Source: a virus. Taken from it: DNA of 64,000 bases. Below, piece by piece: positions 46,875-56,554 of this stretch; position 1 is the first letter of the stretch, and every line of letters starts with the position of its first letter. The notes under the pieces were generated by a model. The model was not told the DNA's origin. It was given only the letters and a program-made list of their open reading frames with translations, and made no database searches. The DNA lies in IMG/VR virus record IMGVR_UViG_3300020474_000993, one strand, 5' to 3'. The position numbers were made by a program, and so were the translations under genes.

Positions 46875-48446
46875 GTGAAAAATATAATCATGATTGCATT
46901 GGCGATGCTAAGTTTCGGCGCCTATGCAGAAGAAATAGAAGAAACTATCGTGGTCGGTGCCAAAATATATAATGGATATTCAGACCCAATGTACGACACA
47001 AATCTTTTAGAAGGTATTCTATACACAAAAAGAGATATTGCTGGTGGTTTGGGTGGATTTCATGGTATACAATTAAATGGTACTGATACGAAACATACCG
47101 CAGTATACAAAAACGGCGTGCCTGTCAATGACCCCAGTTCTGGGTGGTACGATTTTGGTAACGATTTACCAGCACATCAAAACATAAGAACTATATCTGG
47201 GCCTAATAGTGCCAAGTATGGTAGTGGTTCTATGGCTGGTGTAGTACTCATAGAGGATAACTTTGAGAGAAATCTTACAGTAGAGGGTGGTGAAGACTTA
47301 TCTAAAATAGTAGCTAGTTATGAATGGTTCAATGAACAACAAGAGGTAGGAGTACAACTTGCTCACTACAATGGTACTACTGGTTCTGCTATGACATATA
47401 ACAATGAGTTGGATTGGTATGAAAACACCACAACAAAGTTTGCCTATGCAAATGCATATGGAAAACTAAATATTGAAAATGTAAATTACAGTTACGATTA
47501 TGACCAGTGTTGGTATATGATGCCACCTAGTGAATGGGAAGATTGGATGTGTAATACTAAGGGTGAGAAGACCACAGTATCATTGAGAAATGAATGGTTC
47601 ACTTTTGGATATACATCTAACGAAGCAGAACACAATACTGGATATGGTATGGAGTCTGAAAGGTTATACGGAAATATTGTTGCCTATAAAGATACACAAC
47701 ATGAACTTGGAGTGACTTTACAAGAGGAAAAATACGACAATAGAGATAGAGACACCCAAGCGATATACTATAACTGGCAAAATGATTTTTTTGGTATTGG
47801 ATACAGATATGAGGAAGGTCAAAATATTGGAAGAATTGGCCTGCAACAGGGAGAATTCAGATTTTCAATTGCAAATAGTTACAGACTGCCCAATTTATAT
47901 GAGCAGTTCGGTGATGCGTGGGTTTCTGATAATCCAGACCTACAACCAGAATCGGGGATAGGAGTGGAATTTGGATACAAGGATGTGTCCATTTACCATT
48001 ATGAATTCGATGAAGGTATTGATTTTGACTACAACAGGTATCAATATGTGAATTCTGGTGAATATTCTACACATGGAATCCGCTATCAAGACCAAATTTT
48101 GCTTGACAATGGGTCTCTTTTCGTGTATACTGAGTACACAGAAACAGATAAAATTAGAGTACCTAGATATAAGACCAAATTAAGTTACTGGACATCTGGG
48201 AATTTTAATGGTATCCAATGGGATACCGCTTTGGAATACATAGGCGAATTTAAAAAGGGAAAAGACTTTGATGCAAGAGCAATTGATGATGTTAATACTA
48301 TTAATTTTAAGTTCGGGGTTTATGCAAACCCTACTGTCTATGTTATGATTTCAGTTGATGATTTAATGAATAACAAATACGAGGTTTTACCAGATTATGC
48401 TTCTGGAGGAAGAACAATACGACTTAGTATCGACAAAGTATTATAA
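46875..48446 (+). CDS. TonB-dependent outer-membrane receptor (compact, BtuB-like)
   Basis: Signal peptide; TonB box EETIVVGA; plug NG...HT.V..NGVP.ND and GP.S..YGSGSMAGVV.I; SYRLPNLYE.FG...NPDLQPE; C-terminal GRTIRLSI. Confidence 0.85.
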   Translation: MKNIIMIALAMLSFGAYAEEIEETIVVGAKIYNGYSDPMYDTNLLEGILYTKRDIAGGLGGFHGIQLNGTDTKHTAVYKNGVPVNDPSSGWYDFGNDLPAHQNIRTISGPNSAKYGSGSMAGVVLIEDNFERNLTVEGGEDLSKIVASYEWFNEQQEVGVQLAHYNGTTGSAMTYNNELDWYENTTTKFAYANAYGKLNIENVNYSYDYDQCWYMMPPSEWEDWMCNTKGEKTTVSLRNEWFTFGYTSNEAEHNTGYGMESERLYGNIVAYKDTQHELGVTLQEEKYDNRDRDTQAIYYNWQNDFFGIGYRYEEGQNIGRIGLQQGEFRFSIANSYRLPNLYEQFGDAWVSDNPDLQPESGIGVEFGYKDVSIYHYEFDEGIDFDYNRYQYVNSGEYSTHGIRYQDQILLDNGSLFVYTEYTETDKIRVPRYKTKLSYWTSGNFNGIQWDTALEYIGEFKKGKDFDARAIDDVNTINFKFGVYANPTVYVMISVDDLMNNKYEVLPDYASGGRTIRLSIDKVL

Positions 48447-48459
48447 GGAAACTTACCAC

Positions 48460-49500
48460 ATGCCCACTCTTTTGACGAATGGATGTTCTATAACTCTTGG
48501 CGCAGAACTTGGCGAAACAACCAAGACACACAAGTCTGGGTTTGAGTATCAACATTGCGACACTAATTATAGAGATAATAATAGATGGTCAAGTAAACTT
48601 GCCTCTAAATTTGATATGAAAGCCATTAATCTGGCTAGAGGTGGTGGTTCTAATTGGCGTATATGGAGAAGTACACAAGATTATCTATTAGATAACCCGA
48701 ATCAACCATACGCTGCTGTCATACAGATGACAGAACCAAGTCGATTTCAGATACCTATCAGTTATGATTTTGTAAAAAAGTGGAGACCAAGCAATAAGGT
48801 AAGAAATTTCCACGATTGGGCTGGTGGTGGTATATACGGCAGCTCTGATTATGGTGGGCAGTACGAAGAATATAGTCATTGGAATTGGGGCGAACAACAC
48901 CAGTTGCAAAGTTTTATGAATGATAGGGTTGATAAGGGTATAGAAAATGGTAAGGTAGTTGATGAAAATCACTATGTTGACATGGCAGATGAGATTACAG
49001 GATATTTCCTAATCAATGACCAGATACACTGTTATTTTGACTATCTTAGACATATTCTATATCTACATCATTTATTTGAGTCATATAATATGCCACACCT
49101 AATTGTAGATATGCTAGAGGGGTTTACTATATGTCAGTTCATACGAGATGAGTTAAGTCAAGTCGAAGAGATGCCAGTTGATGTTTCAGTTAACAAGTTC
49201 TTCAATTACATTATACCACAAGACGCAGACCCAGAAAAGGTAAAGGTATGGTTTGATTATATAAAACGGTCAAACATGCATACAAAATTCAGCAATCTAT
49301 TTAAGACGGTGGCCACCGCTAATTGGTTTGATGGTCACCCATACAGGAATTACTTTTCAAAAGTAACCAGAGAATGCCCACGCGAGGGCATGAATGACAT
49401 GTATATCGGAGAGATGCCCAGAGGACATCCCAATGAGGTGTGTCATACAGTAATCGCGGAAAGAATGTTTAGTGAAATACAAAGGAGAAATATATTATGA
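48460..49500 (+). CDS. SGNH/GDSL-like hypothetical protein
   Basis: LTNGCSIT.G; W...LA; INLA.GGGSN.RI.R; C-terminal GHPNE..H. Confidence 0.6.
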   Translation: MPTLLTNGCSITLGAELGETTKTHKSGFEYQHCDTNYRDNNRWSSKLASKFDMKAINLARGGGSNWRIWRSTQDYLLDNPNQPYAAVIQMTEPSRFQIPISYDFVKKWRPSNKVRNFHDWAGGGIYGSSDYGGQYEEYSHWNWGEQHQLQSFMNDRVDKGIENGKVVDENHYVDMADEITGYFLINDQIHCYFDYLRHILYLHHLFESYNMPHLIVDMLEGFTICQFIRDELSQVEEMPVDVSVNKFFNYIIPQDADPEKVKVWFDYIKRSNMHTKFSNLFKTVATANWFDGHPYRNYFSKVTRECPREGMNDMYIGEMPRGHPNEVCHTVIAERMFSEIQRRNIL

Positions 49501-49769
49501 CTAAATTAAACCGAGACCAACTAGTTGAAATGCTAGTAGAGAGTGAAGCTAAAATTGCCTATACCAAGAAAGATGGTACGGCAAGAGATGTATTTGCTAC
49601 ATTAAAACCTAGTATGATTCCAGAGGTGACTAATCCAGCACCAGTGAAAGAAACGCATTTAACTGTTTTCGATACAGAAAAACAGCAATGGAGGACTTTA
49701 TTGGTAGACCAGATTGGAGAAATCGCAGTTGGAGTACCACAAAAGACTCTTGTTGGCGCTTTAGCGTAA
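49497..49769 (+). CDS. WYL/SH3-like beta-barrel protein
   Basis: I.YTKKDGTAR...ATL...VFDTEKQQWRT. Confidence 0.7.
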   Translation: MTKLNRDQLVEMLVESEAKIAYTKKDGTARDVFATLKPSMIPEVTNPAPVKETHLTVFDTEKQQWRTLLVDQIGEIAVGVPQKTLVGALA

Positions 49770-49776
49770 AAAACGC

Positions 49777-49806
49777 TTGACACTTGGACTAGACTTGTGT
49801 TATCAT
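49777..49806 (+). promoter_or_regulatory. Sigma70-type promoter
   Basis: TTGACA, 18 bp, TATCAT. Confidence 0.55.
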
Positions 49807-49836
49807 ATATAGCTATGATACACAAGGAGTCCAATA

Positions 49837-50349
49837 ATGGCAAAGAGAATAACTAAGGACGATTTTCGTTCTAACAAACCGATGCGTAGGCGTAGAAAAC
49901 CTATGACTGAGGAACAGAAAGCTGCTGCTGTCGAAAGGTTAGCAAAAGCACGAGAGGTGAGGTTAAAAAAGAACCCACCAAAATTGAAGCATGTACATCC
50001 AGATGTATTAGCAAAACCCGATGATGATTGGTTATCATATGAGAAAGTAAAGGGTTGGATTAAATACAATAAAGATTTGATACCATCTCTCAACCAAGAG
50101 ATAAGGGCAAATCAAAAGGGTGCTATTGCTAAACTAGAATCAGTAAAAGGTTACATCCGACAGATGGAGACATATCTTAGACATGGTGTATGGTTATCAA
50201 ATTTTTGTGGTGAAAACCAGAACAGAAAAGTAGTCTGGGAATGTATTGTTCCATCATACGACAAAGACGGTAATATCAATCGTCAAAGGGGGGTCTACTA
50301 TAAAGACCTTGGATTTGTATGGGGAGAACAAGACAATGATATTGATTGA
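49837..50349 (+). CDS. Conserved T4-like hypothetical protein
   Basis: RKPMTEEQKAAAVERLAKARE...YLRHGVW. Confidence 0.7.
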   Translation: MAKRITKDDFRSNKPMRRRRKPMTEEQKAAAVERLAKAREVRLKKNPPKLKHVHPDVLAKPDDDWLSYEKVKGWIKYNKDLIPSLNQEIRANQKGAIAKLESVKGYIRQMETYLRHGVWLSNFCGENQNRKVVWECIVPSYDKDGNINRQRGVYYKDLGFVWGEQDNDID

Positions 50350-51220
50350 TTATAATCAAATTAGTATCAGCAATCTCATGGCAGAACTCAATGGTTCTAA
50401 AGATGGTGATATTAATATAGATTTGGTTCGCCACATGATACTCAATACTTTACGGAGTTATAAAACAAAGTATGGTGAAGAGTATGGTGACCTAGTAATT
50501 GCCTGTGACAATAGGAGATATTGGCGCAGAAAAGTGTTCCCACAATACAAGGCAAGTCGCAAGAAAACGCGAGAAGATAGTGGATACGATTGGTCATCTA
50601 TCTTTGAGGGTCTTTCACTAGTCAAACAGGAACTACAACAACACATGCCATATCCAGTAATTGATGTGGATGGTGCTGAGGCAGATGATGTAATTGGTAC
50701 ACTGGCAGAATGGAGTCAGACAAATGATTTGGTACAGGAAGGTTTATTTGAATCCCCTAGACCATTTCTTATTGTGTCTGGTGACCATGACTTCCAACAG
50801 TTGCAGAAGTGGGATAATGTCGCCCAGTTTTCACCACTGAAGAAAAGGTTCGTGAAGATTAAAGAATCCGCTGAACAAATACTGAGGGAACATATCATAC
50901 GCGGAGACAAGGGTGATGGTGTTCCTAATATTCTTAGTGAGGATGATTCATTCGTTGAGGGTATAAGACAGAGACCTATACGAAAAACATTGGTCGCTGA
51001 GTGGAAATCCACTAAACCAGAAGAATGGGTAACTGGAGAAATGGCAGCTGCGTATATCAGAAATAAAACAATGGTAGATTTATCGCAGACACCCACTGAA
51101 ATAAAAGAACAAGTAATATTTCAGTATGAGAAACAACTGAATAAGTCAACTGAGGACATGTATAAATACTTCATGAACTACAGTCTTGATAGACTTGTTG
51201 AAGTGATTGAAGAATTTTAA
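50336..51220 (+). CDS. rnh: T4-type RNase H (5'-3' exonuclease)
   Basis: ILIDYNQI, YWRRKVFPQYKASRK, EADDVIG, SGDHDFQQL, GDKGDGVPN. Confidence 0.93.
   Translation: MILIDYNQISISNLMAELNGSKDGDINIDLVRHMILNTLRSYKTKYGEEYGDLVIACDNRRYWRRKVFPQYKASRKKTREDSGYDWSSIFEGLSLVKQELQQHMPYPVIDVDGAEADDVIGTLAEWSQTNDLVQEGLFESPRPFLIVSGDHDFQQLQKWDNVAQFSPLKKRFVKIKESAEQILREHIIRGDKGDGVPNILSEDDSFVEGIRQRPIRKTLVAEWKSTKPEEWVTGEMAAAYIRNKTMVDLSQTPTEIKEQVIFQYEKQLNKSTEDMYKYFMNYSLDRLVEVIEEF
51161..51168 (+). promoter_or_regulatory. Possible late promoter inside rnh
   Basis: TATAAATA about 65 nt upstream of the 51232 ORF. Confidence 0.45.
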
Positions 51221-51231
51221 ATGAGGTAATT

Positions 51232-51723
51232 ATGCAAAAATTTAGACAAATGAATGAAGGGTTCAATTTCGTATTTGAAGTTGATACCATAGACGAGCAA
51301 GTGACTCGCTTAAAACAATGGGGTCAAACCAATCAAACATTGGTGCCAATAGTTAGACTAGGTATTGGTGCTGATAAGGCTGATTGGGGATTGCCAGACG
51401 GCATGCCCGAAACTACCAAATTAGAAGAAGGTACGCCAGATGGATTGGGTGCTACATCTATCCAATTGGAGTGGCGTAGGATTAAACAATTCACAGACCC
51501 AAATTCTAATATGAAAAATCTTCCGCCATGGAAGCAGGAAATGAATTGGTTACAGATTCTTGAGGGTATCCATCCAGAAGAGGCAAAAGTATTAACTGCC
51601 GTGAAGGATGGTAAACTATTAGATTTGTATCCTAAATTAGAAAAACTCATGGAGCCGCTTGGGATTACTGAATACAATAAACCCAAAAAGAAAAGAGCTC
51701 CACGCAAGAAAAAGGAAAAGTAA
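51232..51723 (+). CDS. Conserved T4-like hypothetical protein
   Basis: W.LPDG.P...QILEGIHPEEAKVL..VKD.KL...YP. Confidence 0.7.
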   Translation: MQKFRQMNEGFNFVFEVDTIDEQVTRLKQWGQTNQTLVPIVRLGIGADKADWGLPDGMPETTKLEEGTPDGLGATSIQLEWRRIKQFTDPNSNMKNLPPWKQEMNWLQILEGIHPEEAKVLTAVKDGKLLDLYPKLEKLMEPLGITEYNKPKKKRAPRKKKEK

Positions 51724-51980
51724 TGCCAGATTTCACACCGCAATTAACACTATCTCTGAAACACTATTTCGAGAGCAATATAGAACGACATAAAATAAAT
51801 GTACAAGTTCTAATGCAGAATGGCGTGGGAGTTGCTGAACACCCAGATATAATGAAAACCATTGAGGACGAACTTGGCAAGATTGCTGAATACAAGGATA
51901 AACTAGAAGCACTAGATACACTTGAACCACATCCGCAATCGACACTGAGTTTTTTAAAGGAAGATGGAACGAGCGACTAG
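51723..51980 (+). CDS. Conserved hypothetical protein
   Basis: HKINV.V...N.VGVAEHPDI..TIE.EL. Confidence 0.65.
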   Translation: MPDFTPQLTLSLKHYFESNIERHKINVQVLMQNGVGVAEHPDIMKTIEDELGKIAEYKDKLEALDTLEPHPQSTLSFLKEDGTSD

Positions 51981-52497
51981 ATTCTTTTTATTTAAATGTG
52001 GCGGATGGAAGAATGAGTTTTGGATAGTAGATGAAAAGAGTCTACAGGAAGTACCAAAACCACGCGAGATGATAATTAAGTTCTCTAATATAGAACAGAT
52101 TAGAGAATACGCAATCACCCAAAACCCACAAGACTTACCAATAGTCGATAGGTGCAGAGACCGTACCGCTTGGCACACGCCAGAGGGTCGAGAACGCATA
52201 AAACAGGCTAAACTGGGTCAAAGTAACCCCAATTCTAGGGGACTGTCAGAAGCGCATAGGGCGAAGATATCACAAACGATGACAGGTACGCGGAGGGGTG
52301 AATTCAATCCCATGTATGGGAGACAACACAAAGCACATACCATAGAACTAATACGACAGAAGGCATATGCTCGCCCCAAGATGAGATGGGCAGTAGAACC
52401 TACTGGAAAATCCCATTTGATACGCGCTGACGGTGAAATACCCCAAGAATGGCAATGGGGACGATATTACGACAAATACAGACCAAATGAGGAGTAA
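51964..52497 (+). CDS. NUMOD3 DNA-binding-motif protein without a recognisable nuclease domain
   Basis: HTPEGRERIKQA, LSEAHRAKISQ, GEFNPMYGRQHKAHT, W.WGR. Confidence 0.7.
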   Translation: MERATRFFLFKCGGWKNEFWIVDEKSLQEVPKPREMIIKFSNIEQIREYAITQNPQDLPIVDRCRDRTAWHTPEGRERIKQAKLGQSNPNSRGLSEAHRAKISQTMTGTRRGEFNPMYGRQHKAHTIELIRQKAYARPKMRWAVEPTGKSHLIRADGEIPQEWQWGRYYDKYRPNEE

Positions 52498-52529
52498 AAA
52501 AAGTTGAATTATTTTGCTTTTTCCTTGTA

Positions 52530-52598
52530 TATCAATGACTTACAAAGGCGCTTTTATCGCCGAAACGCTTGACTTTTGCTCCCATATCTGTCATGATC
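52530..52598 (+). promoter_or_regulatory. Early promoter with IHF site and GATC overlapping the -10 box
   Basis: TATCAATGACTTA 52530-52542 (perfect IHF consensus); TTGACT 52569-52574; 17 bp; TG-t-CATGAT-C. Confidence 0.8.
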
Positions 52599-52631
52599 AC
52601 TATGTAATTAATTAAAAGTGAGAGAAAAAAT

Positions 52632-52862
52632 ATGATAGATTTTGTTGGTGCGAAGAATGGTGGTTTAGAGTTTACAACGATTTGTGACACTAAGATTTTT
52701 GGTGGTACACTTGAAGAGTGTGCTTTGATTATTGCGAAACAAGGACTCGCCGACAGGGTGATGGGTTCTTCTTCTATGGACTTTGCTGATGAGTATGGTT
52801 TTAAGACTCAAGAAGGTGCCATGGAAATGTATCAATACGCAATTAAGTTAAGTGGAGTATAA
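52632..52862 (+). CDS. Early hypothetical protein
   Basis: GTGAGAG leader; SSSMDFADEYGF motif. Confidence 0.65.
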   Translation: MIDFVGAKNGGLEFTTICDTKIFGGTLEECALIIAKQGLADRVMGSSSMDFADEYGFKTQEGAMEMYQYAIKLSGV

Positions 52863-52865
52863 AAT

Positions 52866-53093
52866 ATGACAGGATTAGTAGAAACAGAATTGACCGTGAC
52901 TATGGAACAGTTGATTGAGAAGTTAGGTGCGCCCAAAGGCACTACCTATGAACAGTTGGATGAGGGACAACAGGCCCATGTCGATGGGTACTGTGAACAG
53001 TTTGACGATGAGATTGACCATGACGGAGGTCAATGTTATTGTGGTGAGTACAATTGCCCAGACAACTATGTACATGCAACGAGCGGATGGTAA
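52866..53093 (+). CDS. Small acidic protein with a Cys/His cluster
   Basis: CYCGEYNCPDNYVHATSGW. Confidence 0.6.
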   Translation: MTGLVETELTVTMEQLIEKLGAPKGTTYEQLDEGQQAHVDGYCEQFDDEIDHDGGQCYCGEYNCPDNYVHATSGW

Positions 53094-53701
53094 TGGTTAA
53101 GGTAAACAAAGAAAAAATAATTCTAACAGACTGTGATGGGGTTTGCCTTGATTGGGAATTCTCTTTCACACAATGGATGGCCCACAATGGGATGAATCCA
53201 GTTGGTGAAGACCACAAACTCAAGTATAAAGTTTCTGATAGATTTGGAGTTACAGTCGCTGAAGGTCAGCGATTAACAGGACAGTTCAACAGTTCTGCCG
53301 CTATCGGATTTCTACCGCCTCTGAGAGATGCACAACACTATATGAAGTTGTTGGCAGAGAAACACGGATATCGATTCGTGGCAGTCACTAGTCTACACAG
53401 TGACCCATATGCTCAAGAGTTAAGAACACAAAACCTTAAAAAGTTATTTGGTGAGGATACATTTGTTGAGTATCACTATTTAGAATGTGGTGCTGACAAG
53501 GACGAAATCCTATTAGAATTGGCGAATAAATACGAGGGATGCCCTTGGATTGAAGATAAGTATATCAATGTTGAAGTTGGTATGAAAGTCGGATTCAAAG
53601 GATATCTGATTGAACATGGGCATAACCTAAACTATGAAGGTAATGCTACTGTAGTCAAAAACTGGGAGCAAATCTATGACGCAATTACTCAAGGAAGTTG
53701 A
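53087..53701 (+). CDS. HAD-family 5'-nucleotidase-like protein
   Basis: ILTDCDGVCLDW, VTSL, K...WIEDK. Confidence 0.8.
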   Translation: MVMVKVNKEKIILTDCDGVCLDWEFSFTQWMAHNGMNPVGEDHKLKYKVSDRFGVTVAEGQRLTGQFNSSAAIGFLPPLRDAQHYMKLLAEKHGYRFVAVTSLHSDPYAQELRTQNLKKLFGEDTFVEYHYLECGADKDEILLELANKYEGCPWIEDKYINVEVGMKVGFKGYLIEHGHNLNYEGNATVVKNWEQIYDAITQGS

Positions 53702-53861
53702 CCACGATTCAGGCGCAGAGTTTGAATCATTCTGTCACGAGTTATTTCACCAAAACTGTTCTGAGAGGGAGGCGTATAATGAACCGCTTCTTTCGTATGA
53801 GGAATATGTGACTAAGGCACGAAAATTTCTATTAGAGGAATTTAAAAAACAAAGGGGATAA
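53676..53861 (+). CDS. Hypothetical protein
   Basis: Short ORF in operon. Confidence 0.55.
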   Translation: MTQLLKEVDHDSGAEFESFCHELFHQNCSEREAYNEPLLSYEEYVTKARKFLLEEFKKQRG

Positions 53862-53862
53862 A

Positions 53863-54096
53863 ATGATAGGATTAGAACTGGCAGGAATTCTGCTCGGTAT
53901 CGGTTTATACATTTCATATCACATGGGGTTTCGTAAAGGAACCGCAACATCAGCGCAAGCTACGATGATACTCATGCGAGAATTTCTTGCAGATAAAAAA
54001 GGATATGATTGGACTGATATCACACTAGGAAAAAACTTCAATCGACTAACCCGCTGGATGGAACAGTTGGAAAATGGTGACGAAGAGAAGTCCTAG
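53863..54096 (+). CDS. Small membrane protein
   Basis: N-terminal TM helix. Confidence 0.55.
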   Translation: MIGLELAGILLGIGLYISYHMGFRKGTATSAQATMILMREFLADKKGYDWTDITLGKNFNRLTRWMEQLENGDEEKS

Positions 54097-54412
54097 TATA
54101 AGACAATACCAAGTTATGCTCAAAGACCATCACTTTACATGGGAAATGGACTATGAGATGAAGAATGGAGATGCACCGCCAGTAAGTATTCGCCGTAAAC
54201 ACGAACAACGCGAAGACATTTTGATAGAGTATTCTCAATTATCTGAGATGCACAGCGAGTTATACAACGCTCATTTTAATCATGCGACAGTAAAGGATTC
54301 GCCCAAACCGAAACTGGTAGAGGCGGGAAGAGAAAACGGAAAAATCGTCTATAAAATAATACATGATACAGGGGACGGTTTAATTTTTGATTGGAGGAAA
54401 CAACATGTATGA
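54074..54412 (+). CDS. Hypothetical protein
   Basis: 112-aa ORF overlapping neighbours. Confidence 0.55.
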   Translation: MVTKRSPSIRQYQVMLKDHHFTWEMDYEMKNGDAPPVSIRRKHEQREDILIEYSQLSEMHSELYNAHFNHATVKDSPKPKLVEAGRENGKIVYKIIHDTGDGLIFDWRKQHV

Positions 54413-54770
54413 ATATAATGTAGTGATACAACGCTGGGTAGATGGCGACACGGTTGATGTGGACATAGACCTAGGCTTTGGTGTATGGTTAAATGACCAG
54501 AGAGTACGCCTTGCTGGCATCAACGCACCAGAGAGTAGAACGCGAGACTTAGAAGAGAAGAAACTAGGACTGGCGGCAAAAGACTTCTGTAAAAACTTTA
54601 TCAATGAAGGGTCATATGCTAAATTGGTATGTAAGCAGTATGATGCCAAGGGTAAGTTTGGTAGGATTTTGGGGGAGATTTGGAGCGTAACGAATTTCGC
54701 AGACAAATCATTAAACGAATATTTACTTGACAAAGGACACGCTACAGTATACAATGGCGGCAAAAGATAG
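54405..54770 (+). CDS. Thermonuclease (SNase-like) protein
   Basis: VDGDTVDVDIDLGF, RVRLAGINAPESRTRD, GKFGRILG. Confidence 0.88.
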   Translation: MYEYNVVIQRWVDGDTVDVDIDLGFGVWLNDQRVRLAGINAPESRTRDLEEKKLGLAAKDFCKNFINEGSYAKLVCKQYDAKGKFGRILGEIWSVTNFADKSLNEYLLDKGHATVYNGGKR

Positions 54771-55746
54771 AGACTACGGCAAACCTAGATTACCAAGAAC
54801 GCTAATCACTGGTGGTTGCTCATTTACAGCACACCAAGTAGAAGAAACTCTTTCTTGGGCAAATCAGTTAGACCAGAAATACGATAATGTAATTAACACC
54901 GCTGAGATGGCAAGTGGGAATCAGATTATCTGTGACAGGATATGCTACGAATTAAGCAAACCCGAAGTCACGAGTGAAAACACAATGGTCGCTGTCATGT
55001 GGTCATCGCCATGGAGAAAAGAGTTCTTGCTCACATCCGATTACCCAGACTGGCAAGAATTATGGCAGAAATTTCATAGGGACAAGACAGGATTTAGCAA
55101 CTATATTCTAACAGATAAAGTCCATGAGAAACATCCAACATCTAACTGGCTCATCGTAGGGGGCGGATATGGTATATGGAATTACGAAGTAAACGCGCTG
55201 GACGCTAAATTGGAGAACTATTTTAGAGATATCTGGAGTCCAGAGGAAGCGTATGTAAGCACTCTGAGGGCCATGATTACTGTACAAGCGCTGTGTGAGG
55301 CAAAAAGAATTCCGCTGTTAAACATGACATGGCAGAGTATTTTCCATGACCTAGGCAGTAAAGATTTCGAGAGTGAAGAGAGTTTTTGGAAGAAGGATAT
55401 AGTCAGCACGACAGGATGGTTATATACAAGACTGAGAACAGCATTTAGCAACAGATTAAGAAAAGCGGGATTGGATGAACAGGAATTAAAATCCGATATG
55501 CATAACAAAAGAATTGATAGATTGTACCCTAATACAAAACACTGGTTTGAGCTAGTCGATTGGGGTACATGGCACTTCTATGAAAATGATTTGGTAGAGA
55601 AAGGTGGATTACAGGAGTATTCGCATTTTGAGTGTGGCACACCAAGTGAAGAATTAAAAGTACATCCCAGTAAAGAAGTGCAGAAAAAATGGTTGAATAG
55701 AATAATGAAAGTACTTGAGGAAAAATATGGCATGGAAACGAATTAA
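54754..55746 (+). CDS. SGNH/GDSL-like hypothetical protein
   Basis: ITGGCSFT; SW...L; INTA...SGN..I; VMWS..WR; C-terminal HPS. Confidence 0.6.
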   Translation: MAAKDRDYGKPRLPRTLITGGCSFTAHQVEETLSWANQLDQKYDNVINTAEMASGNQIICDRICYELSKPEVTSENTMVAVMWSSPWRKEFLLTSDYPDWQELWQKFHRDKTGFSNYILTDKVHEKHPTSNWLIVGGGYGIWNYEVNALDAKLENYFRDIWSPEEAYVSTLRAMITVQALCEAKRIPLLNMTWQSIFHDLGSKDFESEESFWKKDIVSTTGWLYTRLRTAFSNRLRKAGLDEQELKSDMHNKRIDRLYPNTKHWFELVDWGTWHFYENDLVEKGGLQEYSHFECGTPSEELKVHPSKEVQKKWLNRIMKVLEEKYGMETN

Positions 55747-55933
55747 AGAAACTCTATGGGGAAACCCAAATAAAGGTATCAGTGGGGTTAGAGAAGCAGA
55801 CCCGAATGACTTAACACTAGAGAACGCATATAAGACAAGATGGATATGGTATCACACAATATTAGGAATCGAATTATTAATCGTTATTATAGTACAAGTC
55901 GCTATCTTAACACTACTGGCAGTGAAATTATGA
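55727..55933 (+). CDS. Small membrane protein
   Basis: NAYKTRWIWYHTILGIEL plus hydrophobic tail. Confidence 0.6.
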   Translation: MAWKRIKETLWGNPNKGISGVREADPNDLTLENAYKTRWIWYHTILGIELLIVIIVQVAILTLLAVKL

Positions 55934-56046
55934 TAGGATTCTTAGAAAGAGTATTCTTCATTGCTTTAGGTTATTGGTTAGCAAAAGGGATGCCAACACC
56001 AGATTGTATATTTGGTTGGTGTCAGACAGTAAACACAACGACATAA
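55930..56046 (+). CDS. Very small membrane protein
   Basis: ATGA overlap; MIGFLERVFFIALGYWLAK. Confidence 0.45.
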   Translation: MIGFLERVFFIALGYWLAKGMPTPDCIFGWCQTVNTTT

Positions 56047-56057
56047 GGAGAAACAGT

Positions 56058-56150
56058 ATGGTGTTTGAGTGCTTCATACAGATAGCATTAGCATTTATTA
56101 TTGGATATCTTATAGGAAAGTACAGGGGAGATGGTGACCATTATGCCTAA
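56058..56150 (+). CDS. 30-aa hydrophobic peptide (translated by hand)
   Basis: AAGGAG RBS; MVFECFIQIALAFIIGYLIGKYRG. Confidence 0.45.
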   Translation: MVFECFIQIALAFIIGYLIGKYRGDGDHYA

Positions 56151-56295
56151 AAAACATGGTGTAAAGGTAAACATCGTAAACAGTCTGAGTCGCTCTGAGA
56201 CAAAAAGGAATAAACGACATAGTAATAAGACAATCAGACAGGCAGGGAGAAGAAGTTCTGTGCTTGAACTGAGAGGGGGGAAAAGTGGGAAATAG
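56143..56295 (+). CDS. 50-aa basic peptide (translated by hand)
   Basis: MPKKHGVKVNIVNSLSRSETKRNKRHSNKTIRQAGRR...; overlaps the upstream stop. Confidence 0.4.
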   Translation: MPKKHGVKVNIVNSLSRSETKRNKRHSNKTIRQAGRRSSVLELRGGKSGK

Positions 56296-56299
56296 TGGT

Positions 56300-56384
56300 G
56301 ATGTAAATCCGCGTGAGGGCAGGAGTGAGCGCCGCTGCCCGACTAAAAAATCAGACACCGCTGCCGCTCCCAGACGCGATTTAA
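56300..56384 (-). ncRNA. Candidate GC-rich small RNA transcribed leftward
   Basis: Starts just after a minus-strand promoter; closing stem TAAATCGCGT/ACGCGGATTTA and internal GGGCAG/CTGCCC hairpin. Confidence 0.4.
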
Positions 56385-56387
56385 AGA

Positions 56388-56417
56388 GATCATACCATAG
56401 GCAGTGGCAATTGTCAA
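56388..56417 (-). promoter_or_regulatory. Minus-strand sigma70 promoter with GATC overlapping the -10 box
   Basis: On - strand: TTGACA (56417-56412), 17 bp, TG-g-TATGAT-C. Confidence 0.7.
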
Positions 56418-56490
56418 GCGAAAGGCGCCCTCTATGGACACAGTGGCAGGAGTGGCTCTGATCTTTTTTCACATAAAACGAAAATAATGC

Positions 56491-56519
56491 TTGACAAGTG
56501 CTTATCTAATGTGTATAAT
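56491..56519 (+). promoter_or_regulatory. Perfect sigma70 consensus promoter
   Basis: TTGACA, 17 bp, TATAAT. Confidence 0.8.
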
Positions 56520-56554
56520 AGGGTGTTCCCTTTAAGAAGAGTAATGGCTGCTGC

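Noticed and set aside
46700-46875. Cobalamin riboswitch upstream of the TonB receptor
   Set aside because: No intergenic space; the gene abuts the upstream CDS and no B12-element motifs are visible.
591-55508. Numerous short antisense and out-of-frame ORFs in the supplied track
   Set aside because: They are shadows of well-supported + strand genes and lack recognisable motifs.
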